Translations under genes and position numbers: made by a program
The notes under the pieces: generated by a model
Seen by the model: only the letters and a program-made list of their open reading frames with translations
The model's database searches: none
Told to the model about the DNA's origin: nothing
Assembly (NCBI GenBank): GCA_040220555.1
Contig: JAVJUO010000224.1
Length of the DNA stretch: 24,351 nucleotides
Direction: 5' to 3' (one strand)
Origin: Coleofasciculus sp. C1-SOL-03
GTDB lineage: Bacteria > Cyanobacteriota > Cyanobacteriia > Cyanobacteriales > Coleofasciculaceae
Shown: in pieces, positions 1 through 8,100 of the stretch
Numbering within the stretch: position 1 is the stretch's first letter
How the letters are laid out: the number at the start of each line of letters is the position of its first letter

Positions 1-126
1 GCGGGTTTAGTAACTCAATTAACTTGTCACCGATAACCTATCAACAAAACCCGCCCTCCCTCACCGATAACCTATCAACAAAATCCCCTCCCCCACCGAT
101 AGCCTATCAACAAAACCCCCCTCCCT
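1..126. repeat. GCGGGTTT...AAACCCGCCC stem-loop repeat (1-56) running into a ~33-nt tandem repeat x3 (CACCGATARCCTATCAACAAAAYCCC..., units starting at 28, 62, 94)
   Basis: Direct reading. The arms are inverted complements, and three consecutive near-identical 32-34 nt units follow. The same GGGGCGGGTTT/AAACCCGCCCC family recurs at 880-937, 13474-13489, 14308-14373 and 20637-20701. Confidence 0.7.
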
Positions 127-156
127 TATCCCTCATCATCGTATTATATCGACACG

Positions 157-783
157 TTATCCCGCTATCTGACCTAAGCGTTTCAAAATACTCAAGACAT
201 TATATAATTCATTGCCACGATTACGAATATCAAAAATATCAGACGTGGTGTACTGCGGGGGTTCACCTTTAACCAGCTTGATAAACATAAAACTACCGCC
301 GGAGGTAATCATCCCAAAAACAGGTTTGTCTGGGTGAGGAGTTGCTAGCATATAGGCAAGAATTTGGTCGAGTCCGGCTTCTACGGAATAAGCGACCTGT
401 TTCGATTCAATCACACTCACCCAAAATTGCTCATTCAGAAGCAAAACGTCTATTCGTCCTTTAATGACTGAGCCACCATCTTCTGTAGCAATTTGTACAG
501 ATTTTTCTAATTTAATGTGAAAAGGAGGCAAATAAAACTGCCCGACAAAAAGTAAAGGCGACAAAACAGCGATATTAACCGTATTTTCTAACAAGGGCGG
601 ATAATTCCGCAAATTAATGTAGCCAGCTTTTATCTGATCCAATAGCTGTTTTTCTTGGTTGGTGAGTTCAGGAAGGTTATCTTGCCACTCTCGGAAAAAT
701 TGGTCATCTTCAACGAGTTGAAGTCCATAGAAGGTGATCAGTTCCCGCAGGGTTATGTTTTCTGCTTGAATTGTTTGAACCAT
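157..783 (-). CDS. Conserved hypothetical protein with a PD-(D/E)xK nuclease-like motif (HSDR_N-like restriction endonuclease fold)
   Basis: 208-aa ORF with an ATG start. The motif GRIDVLLL...VSVIESK fits the D...E-x-K nuclease core. The family assignment was made by eye only. Confidence 0.5.
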   Translation of the reverse strand: MVQTIQAENITLRELITFYGLQLVEDDQFFREWQDNLPELTNQEKQLLDQIKAGYINLRNYPPLLENTVNIAVLSPLLFVGQFYLPPFHIKLEKSVQIATEDGGSVIKGRIDVLLLNEQFWVSVIESKQVAYSVEAGLDQILAYMLATPHPDKPVFGMITSGGSFMFIKLVKGEPPQYTTSDIFDIRNRGNELYNVLSILKRLGQIAG

Positions 784-843
784 GAGTATGAATTATGAAT
801 GATAGGGGAGTTGGGGAAACTTGAAGGGCATTTAGGTTAGGGA

Positions 844-943
844 ATAATCGTCAAACCTGCCCCTACGCAAAACTTATTCGGGGCGGGTTTAGTGACATCT
901 GGGTGAGGTAAGAAACGATAATAGTCAAACCCGCCCCTACGCA
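844..943. repeat. Small palindromic repeat element: direct repeats ATAATNGTCAAACCYGCCCCTACGCA (844-869, 918-943), with GGGGCGGGTTT (880-890) pairing to AAACCCGCCCC (927-937)
   Basis: Direct reading of the sequence. It belongs to the same family as 1-56, 14308-14373 and 20637-20701. Confidence 0.7.
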
Positions 944-973
944 GAATTAAAAATTATATCTGACCTTATAACC

Positions 974-1008
974 TGACAAATGACAAATGACAAATGACGA
1001 ATGACACT
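974..1008. repeat. Heptanucleotide tandem repeat (TGACAAA)x3-TGACGAA-TGACACT (STRR-like)
   Basis: Five consecutive 7-mers. The same family occurs at 17499-17531 and 22630-22657. It overlaps the stop of the 1007-1363 ORF. Confidence 0.85.
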
Positions 1009-1363
1009 ATGAACCCAGTTTAAACGCTTCCAAAAACATGCTATAAACCAAACCAATTTTCAGAGCATTCACTGTTTCAAGGAACCATGACAAACGAGAT
1101 GCTCTGCTTACAGAAGGCAAACCTTGGCGATTTCTGCCATAAACAATCCGGCTCACCGTTTCCGTGAAAATAATTAAAATCCCAGCCGCAATCACATCCC
1201 AATCAGCCGTCTGTCCGGCTGTGGTTGAGATAGCACTACCCAGGAAAATACCTGACAGTAAACCCAGCAAAATCATGGACAAGCGTCGCCAGGGATTGGC
1301 AAACCACTGGGCTAACCTTGCCAAGATCACATCGACGAGAGTATTAAGACGAGTATTTTGCAT
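1007..1363 (-). CDS. ycf20: Ycf20-like (DUF565) small membrane protein
   Basis: 118 aa. The N-terminus MQNTRLNTLV..ARL..W is followed by two or three hydrophobic helices, as is typical of cyanobacterial/plastid Ycf20. Confidence 0.55.
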   Translation of the reverse strand: MQNTRLNTLVDVILARLAQWFANPWRRLSMILLGLLSGIFLGSAISTTAGQTADWDVIAAGILIIFTETVSRIVYGRNRQGLPSVSRASRLSWFLETVNALKIGLVYSMFLEAFKLGS

Positions 1364-1528
1364 CGATCAACCAGAAAGCAACCACACACAGACCTTAATC
1401 ACTTAACCTTTTGTGCAAAATAACACGGTTTCGGTCAAGCTTGTTTCAATGAGAGTAGGGGGCTGGCAATTCATTTTGTTAGCACCCCCCACAGACGCAG
1501 TGGTGCAGAGTCAATCCCCTCAAAACGA

Positions 1529-2113
1529 ATGAAACGACTAAACTATATGCTATATCCAGTATTTATCATCGTACTCTTTTTAGGTATGGCTGGACTGGGA
1601 CTGGGATTATTTGAGTTCAAGGTTTGGATAGAACCCCCATCCTCGGATACAGCATCATTACCCTCGGTGAGCAAATCACCAGAGGTTCCTGAGGTGGAAA
1701 CGGCTCAACCCTTATCGCCAGCACTATCACCACTCTCTTCACCGTTACCGTCGCCAGAGGCTTCACCCACTCCCCCCCTTGATCCCGTTGCACTAGCGGC
1801 GCAAAAAGGAGGATTGCGAGTTAGTAATTCCACAGAACATCCGGTGCGGGTGGCGCTGCTAGAACGTCAAACGGATTCAAAGGCTAACGCCAAACCCGCC
1901 CACTGGGATTTTTCCCCTATGGAAGGAGGAAGCCAAGGGCTGATTCTTTCTCTTCCCCAAGATGATCTGATTTTGGGAAACGGAGATATTGTTGTGGCAT
2001 TTGCTCAAGATGGTTCTCGTTTGTATTGGGGACCTTATGTGATTGGGGAGACGCCTGTACCCGTCTGGAATAAAAAGACAGGCGAATGGGAGTTAGTCTT
2101 ACAACCGTATTAG
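1529..2113 (+). CDS. Hypothetical membrane-anchored or secreted protein with a Pro/Ser-rich linker
   Basis: 194 aa. It has an N-terminal hydrophobic helix (YPVFIIVLFLGMAGLGLGLF), then a PS-rich low-complexity segment and a globular C-terminal part. Confidence 0.55.
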   Translation: MKRLNYMLYPVFIIVLFLGMAGLGLGLFEFKVWIEPPSSDTASLPSVSKSPEVPEVETAQPLSPALSPLSSPLPSPEASPTPPLDPVALAAQKGGLRVSNSTEHPVRVALLERQTDSKANAKPAHWDFSPMEGGSQGLILSLPQDDLILGNGDIVVAFAQDGSRLYWGPYVIGETPVPVWNKKTGEWELVLQPY

Positions 2114-2169
2114 GTTTGTAGTCAGCGCTGTCTTCGCTTCTGGCACGCTTCGTGCCTACTACGAAACCA

Positions 2170-2197
2170 GTAGAGACGCGCCAGGGCGCGTCTCTAC
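2170..2197. repeat. Palindromic repeat GTAGAGACGCGCC-AG-GGCGCGTCTCTAC; probable terminator after the 1529-2113 gene
   Basis: Near-perfect 13-bp inverted repeat. It is related to the GTAGAGACGTTGCATGCAACGTCTCTAC copies at 12031-12066 and 13529-13558. A second hairpin, GGCACGCTTCGTGCC, lies just upstream. Confidence 0.7.
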
Positions 2198-2295
2198 ACT
2201 GTTGGACAAGGAACTTGACGGGGTTGTCCCAGTCAGGGAAGGGGTATATTGCGATCGCGCTTCTGGCTAAATTAAGTTGGAGACGTTGAGAGTTA

Positions 2296-4233
2296 ATGTT
2301 ACCCTTTCGTGACAAAGTAGTGGAAGTTGAATCTAAGGATAGGATCGCTCAACCAGTGACAAAGTGGTGGAATGTTTGGGAAAAGCATCCAACTCGTTTG
2401 TGGATGTACTCGGTTTTAGGGTTAGCTGTGATCTGCTGGGTGGCGTTTTTATGGCACTTAGGCAGTACGGGGTTGGTGGATGAAACAGAACCGTTATTTG
2501 CGGAAGCCGCCCGCCAGATGACGGTGACAGGAGACTGGATTACGCCGTATTTTAACGAGGAGACTCGATTCGATAAACCGCCCTTAGTCTACTGGTTGAT
2601 GGCGATTGGCTATCACCTCATCGGCGTGAATGAATGGGCGGTGCGACTTCCCTCAGCGATTAGTGCGATCGCGCTAACGGTTTTCGGCTTTTATACGCTA
2701 CGCTATTTTGGTATTTCCCGTCCCCGTACCCTGGTTGATGAAAATTCCTCTGAATTAGAACACACCTCAAAACTCGTCAATCCAGAACGCCAGCGCTGGT
2801 TATCGGCGGGAATTGGGGCGACATTGATTGCATTGAATCCGATAACTTTGGTTTGGGCGCGGACTGGGGTTTCGGATATGCTACTCTCTGGCTGTATGGG
2901 AACGGCTCTTTTATCGTTCTTTATTGGCTATGTGCAAGGGGAAACCGGGAGACAGGAAGCGGGGGCGCAAGATAGCCGACACCGTAGAAAGGGAAAACCC
3001 ATTTTAGGGTTTGCGTCGGGTTGGTATTTGGCATTTTATATCTTAATTGCCTTAGCGATTCTTGCCAAAGGACCGGTGGGATTTGTCCTCCCTGGATTAA
3101 TTATTGGCGCATTTTTGTTATATCTGGGGAAGTTTTGGCAGGTGGTGCGGGAAATGCGCCTGTTTTGGGGATTGGGTATTATTGCTGTCCTGGCAATTCC
3201 CTGGTATGTGTTAGTTACCTTGGCGAATGGCGAAGATTATATCGAAAAGTTTTTTGGCTATCACAATATTGAACGCTTTGTCGGGGTGGTGAATCACCAT
3301 TGGGCGCCGTGGTATTTCTATTTTCTGGTTGTGTTAGTCGGGTTTGCCCCTTGGTCTTGTTATTTGCCTTTAGCGATCGCCCGATTACGGTTTTGGCAGG
3401 TTAAAAAATGGCGTTCGTCCCCTCGTGCGAGTCAGTTGGGTTTATTTGCCCTGTGTTGGTTTGCAGGGGTGTTTGGCTTCTTTACGATTGCTGTCACCAA
3501 ACTTCCCAGTTATGTTTTACCGTTAATGCCTGCGGCGGCAATTTTGGTAGCATTATTGGCAAGTGATTTACTCACCTATCCCCGTCCTCAGCGTCTCTTG
3601 GGGTTACGGTTGAGTGCTGGATTTAATCTGATTCTTCTTGGTGTCATCGCTGGGGCAATTTGGTATAGTCCTAATTTCATTGGCTATGATCCGGCGGCGC
3701 TGGACTTATCGGAAACCTTGCAAGCCTCAGGATTACCGCTACGAGGAGGTATCCTCTGGGGAATGGCGGCGGTAGCGGCGGTGATTGCCTTATGTAGTCG
3801 TCGAGGGTGGCGTTGGTTAGGAACGATTAATTTGGTGGCGTTTGTGGCGTTTATTATCCTCGTGGTTTCCCCGGCTGCTTTTTTGTTGGATCAGGAACGT
3901 CAGCTTCCCCTACGAGAATTATCTGCGATCGCGGCTGAGGTGAACCAACCGTCAGAAGAGTTAGTGATGATGGGGTTTGAAAAGCCTAGTGTCGTATTTT
4001 ATGCCGAGCGATCGGTTAATTATTTTGATGAAGAACATAAGTTCATTGCCTACATTGAGGACATCGCTAAAATTGAACCTAATCCTCCTTCAACTCTGGT
4101 TTTAATTGAGTCTAAGCGATTTAATCGACTTAAAGAAGAATGGCTCAAACCGAGTGAATATACCATCATTGATAACAAAGGAGCCTATCATTTGATTCGA
4201 GTGACTAAACAAGTTATTGCCCACAAGCTTTAG
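2296..4233 (+). CDS. Glycosyltransferase family 39 (ArnT/PMT-like undecaprenyl-phosphate sugar transferase), polytopic membrane protein
   Basis: 645 aa with many TM helices. The first periplasmic-loop motif VDETEPLFAEAARQM...RFDKPPLVYW is characteristic of ArnT/GT39-type enzymes. Confidence 0.7.
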   Translation: MLPFRDKVVEVESKDRIAQPVTKWWNVWEKHPTRLWMYSVLGLAVICWVAFLWHLGSTGLVDETEPLFAEAARQMTVTGDWITPYFNEETRFDKPPLVYWLMAIGYHLIGVNEWAVRLPSAISAIALTVFGFYTLRYFGISRPRTLVDENSSELEHTSKLVNPERQRWLSAGIGATLIALNPITLVWARTGVSDMLLSGCMGTALLSFFIGYVQGETGRQEAGAQDSRHRRKGKPILGFASGWYLAFYILIALAILAKGPVGFVLPGLIIGAFLLYLGKFWQVVREMRLFWGLGIIAVLAIPWYVLVTLANGEDYIEKFFGYHNIERFVGVVNHHWAPWYFYFLVVLVGFAPWSCYLPLAIARLRFWQVKKWRSSPRASQLGLFALCWFAGVFGFFTIAVTKLPSYVLPLMPAAAILVALLASDLLTYPRPQRLLGLRLSAGFNLILLGVIAGAIWYSPNFIGYDPAALDLSETLQASGLPLRGGILWGMAAVAAVIALCSRRGWRWLGTINLVAFVAFIILVVSPAAFLLDQERQLPLRELSAIAAEVNQPSEELVMMGFEKPSVVFYAERSVNYFDEEHKFIAYIEDIAKIEPNPPSTLVLIESKRFNRLKEEWLKPSEYTIIDNKGAYHLIRVTKQVIAHKL

Positions 4234-4249
4234 CCTTCCGGGGGAATTA

Positions 4250-4475
4250 AGTAAGTAGGGCTTGCTGTATGAGTGTGGAAGGTACGCCAGGTAAGGATTT
4301 CAAGCCATTTTCTGACCCAACAAGTGCAAGGTTTTTACACTATAACCGTCAAAACTCTGGAATTTTTGCCGACCTCAGCGCCGAATTTTCAGGCAGACAG
4401 AGGGTTGAAACCATTGCCTATTCCCTATTCCCTATTCCCGATCCCCACCACAAAACTTATTCAGCAACCTCTAAG
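4250..4475 (+). repeat. Dispersed ~225-nt repeat, copy 1; contains the ATTSCCT heptamer tract 4413-4447
   Basis: It aligns by eye along its whole length with the reverse complement of 18478-18820. Shared blocks include GGGCTTGCTGYATGAGTGTGGAAG, TTCAAGCCATTTTC, CCCAACAAGTGC, GTTGAAAC..TTGCCTATT and CCCACCACAARACTTATTCAGCRACC. Confidence 0.75.
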
Positions 4476-4706
4476 TAGGTGGGGAATGAGAAGAAACCCC
4501 TCACCCGTCCCACTATTAGATCCCCCTTCCGTCCCCCTTAAAAAGGGGGAGACCAGAGGATGCTTCGCTAATGGGTAGATTAGAATTGTAGGAGCGCATG
4601 GCGTGCGCCCATCAAGTAGTGCGAGCATCTTGCTCGCTACTCATTCCCAATTTAAACGCATAACAGCTTAACCATTTAACCACCCCCAATTCAAGCCAAT
4701 CAGCCG

Positions 4707-5168
4707 ATGGAACGCGAACAAGTTTTTATCAGTTATAGCCACAAGGATAAAGTCTGGTTAGACAAACTCCGGACGATGCTAAAACCGATGATCCGGAACC
4801 AAAAAATTTTCGTGTGGGATGATACAAAAATCCAAGCAGGTGCGAAGTGGAAAGAAGAAATTGAACAGGCTTTAGCTAGGGCGAGTGTAGCGGTTTTAAT
4901 GGTGAGTCCGGATTTCCTCGCCTCTGACTTTATCGCTGACCATGAATTACCCCCTTTACTCGATGCGGCTCGCAAGGAAGGGGTGAAAATTATTTGGATA
5001 CCCATCACTTATTGTTTATACGATGAAACCGAGATTGGAGAGTATCAAGCGGTATACAATCCCAAGCAACCTTTAGATACTCTCAATCCTGCTGACTTAA
5101 ATAAAGCATTAGTTAAAATTTGCAAGGAGATAAAAACAGCCGTCACCGAGAGTTCTCAAAACCCTTAA
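4707..5168 (+). CDS. TIR domain protein
   Basis: 153 aa. It begins with VFISYSHKD, continues with KIFVWDD..I..G..W and VAVLMVSPDFLASDF, matching the bacterial TIR (TIR_2-like) pattern. Confidence 0.8.
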   Translation: MEREQVFISYSHKDKVWLDKLRTMLKPMIRNQKIFVWDDTKIQAGAKWKEEIEQALARASVAVLMVSPDFLASDFIADHELPPLLDAARKEGVKIIWIPITYCLYDETEIGEYQAVYNPKQPLDTLNPADLNKALVKICKEIKTAVTESSQNP

Positions 5169-8100
5169 TAAACCCACTGTCATCTGACACCAGGTCAGTG
5201 GGTCTAAATCAGGTGTCTACTCTTCAAATACCCCATAATTTAAAGCATAGCGGTGTCGTTAAATTTGTGGGACGCTCTGATGTCCTCAAACAATTACATC
5301 AACAATTACAGCAAACGGAGCGCATCGCGATTTGTGCTGTAGCTGGGATGGGAGGGGTAGGTAAAACCGAATTAGCCCTACAGTATGCTCTACATCACCG
5401 CAAACAGGGAACTTATCCCGGTGGTTTGTGCTGGATACAGGCGGGGGAATCTGTTGTAGGAACTCAGATTGTTAGTTTTGCCAGAACTCAATTAGATGTA
5501 CAGTTACCCGATGGATTAGACTTAACAGAACAGGTGGCTTACTGCTGGCGATATTGGCGTTTAGGGGATGTTCTATTTATTTTCGATGATGTGCGAAATT
5601 ATCGCCAGATAAAACCCTATTTACCACCTGCCGAATCGCGGTTTAAGGTGTTGATTACTACCAGGTTGCAAAGGTTAGGGGCATCTTTTCAAATGAAACC
5701 TCTGGATGTACTTACCGAAGAAGCCGCGATTGCCCTGTTAGTTTCATTAATTGGATCTGAACGGATTGAGGCAGAACCGGAACAGGTAAAACGTCTATGT
5801 CAAGACTTAGGCTATTTACCCTTGGGATTGGAATTAGTGGGGCGATATTTACAGCGTAAGCCTGATTTATCATTAGAGAAAATGTCTCAGCGTTTGGGGT
5901 TAAAGCACCGTTCTCTAAACAATCCTGACCCAGACATGACCGCAAAATTAGGCGTCGAAGCGGCATTTGAGTTGAGTTGGCAAGAACTGAGTCAAGAGGC
6001 TCAAAAGTTAGCTTGTTTTTTGAGTTTATTTGCCCTGGCTCCCATTCCTTGGACATGGGTGGAACAATGTTGGTCAGACCAAGATGTAGAAGAGTTAGAG
6101 GATATTAGGGATGATGAATTGGTGAATTTGAGCTTATTGAAACGGGTAGATAAAGAGAGTTATCAACTGCACCAACTGATTAGGGAATTCTTGAAAGAGA
6201 AGTTCAAGGAATTCACTGAAGCATCAGAACTTAAACAAAGGTTTTGCCAGGGGATGGTCATGGCAGCAAAGCAGATTCCTAGGGTGTCAACTAAAGATGA
6301 TATTGTCATCGCCACCCCAATGATTCCGCACCTAGCAGAAGCCGCAACGACTCAGAAGGATTGGTTAAGTGATGAGGATTTAACCTGTCCCTTTGTTGGC
6401 TTAGGTCGATTTTATCAAGGTCAAGGACTCTACAAACAAGCTTTACCCTGGTTTAAGCAGTGCTTATCAGCAACGAGAAAGCGTTTAGGAGATGACCATC
6501 CCGATGTGGCAAGCAGTCTCAACAATCTGGCAGAACTCTACTATTTTCAAGGAAGGTATTCAGAAGCTGAACCTTTGTTTTTGCAAGCTTTAGAGTTGAG
6601 AAAACGCCTGCTGGGAAATAACCACCCATTCGTGGCAACCAGTCTGAACAATCTGGCTCTACTCTACCATTCACAGGGAAGGTATTCAGAAGCTGAACCT
6701 TTGTTTCTGCAAGCCTTAGAGTTATATGAACGTCTGCTAGGAGATAACCATCCATTCATGGCAACCAGTCTGGGCAATCTGGCAGGACTCTACGAATTAC
6801 AGGGAAGGTATTCAGAAGCTGAACCTTTGCATTTGCAAGCCTTAGAGTTGAATAAACGTTGGCTGGGAGATGACCATCCCGATGTGGCAGCCAGTCTGAA
6901 TCTTCTGGCTAATCTCTACAGATCACAGGGAAGGTATTCAGAAGCTGAACCTTTGTTTCTGCAAGCCTTAGAGTTGAGAAAACACCTGCTGGGAGATGAC
7001 CATCCCGATGTGGCAACCAGTCTGAACAATCTGGCTCTACTCTACTATTTTCAAGGAAGGTATTCAGAAGCTGAACCTTTGTATCTGCAAGCCTTAGAGT
7101 TGAGAAAATACTTGCTGGGAGATGACCATCCATTCGTGGCAACCAGTTTAAACAATCTTGCTAATCTCTACTCTTCACAAGGAAGGTATTCAGAAGCCGA
7201 ACTGTTGCATCTGCAAGCCTTAGAGTTGAGAAAACGCCTGCTGGGTGATGACCATCCTGATGTGGCAATGAGTCTGAATAATTTGGCATATCTCTACTAT
7301 TTACAGGGAAGGTATTCAGAAGCTGAACTGTTGCATCTGCAAGCTTTAGAGTTATATAAACGCCTGTTGGGAGATGACCATCCTGATGTGGCAATGAGTC
7401 TGAATAATTTGGCGGGACTCTACGATTCACAGGGAAGGTATAGTGAAGCCGAACCTTTGTATTTGCAAGCCTTAGAGTTGACAAAACGCTTGCTGGGAGA
7501 TGACCATCCCCATGTGGCAGCCAGTCTAAACAGTCTGGGTAATCTCTACAGATCACAGGGAAGGTATAGTGAAGCCGAACCTTTATATCTGCAAGCCTTA
7601 GAGTTAAGAAAACGCCTGCTGGGTGATGACCATCCTGATGTAGCAACCAGTCTCAACAATCTGGCATATCTCTACTATTTACAGGGAAGGTATAAAAAAG
7701 CCGAACCTTTGTTTCTGCAAGCCTTAGAGTTATATAAACGTCTGCTGGGAGATGACCATCCCGATGTGGCAAGCAGTCTGAACAATCTGGCAAATCTCTA
7801 CTCATCACAGGGAAGGTATGAAAAAGCTGAACCTTTGTTTCTGCAAGCCTTAGAATTGATAAAAAGCCTGCTGGGAGATAACCATCCTCATGTCGCAGCC
7901 AGTCTGAATAATCTGGCATATCTCTATTCATCACAGGGAAGGTACGAAAAAGCCGAACTTTTGTATCTACAAGCCTTAGAGTTATATAAACGCCTACTGG
8001 GAGATGACCATCCCGATGTGGCAACCAGTCTGAACAATCTGGCTCTACTCTACTATTTACAGGGAAGGTATTCAGAAGCTGAACCTTTGTTTAAGCAAGC

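Noticed and set aside
1917-2315. 132-aa minus-strand ORF
   Set aside because: It overlaps the 3' end of the 1529-2113 gene and the 5' end of the GT39 gene. It also reads through the palindromic GTAGAGACG repeat (peptide RDAPWRVST), which is a typical repeat-derived artefact.
4269-4578. ORFs 4269-4478 and 4273-4578 (plus strand), and the similar ORF 18421-18609 (minus strand)
   Set aside because: They translate the dispersed 225-nt repeat, heptamer tracts and small palindromic repeats. Their peptide similarity reflects repeat DNA rather than a gene family.
5132-5136. A5 run as a programmed -1 ribosomal frameshift site linking the TIR and NB-ARC frames
   Set aside because: It is not a canonical X XXY YYZ slippery heptamer in the TIR frame, and no downstream stimulatory structure was evident. 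It is kept only as a possible indel site within the TIR/NB-ARC junction finding.
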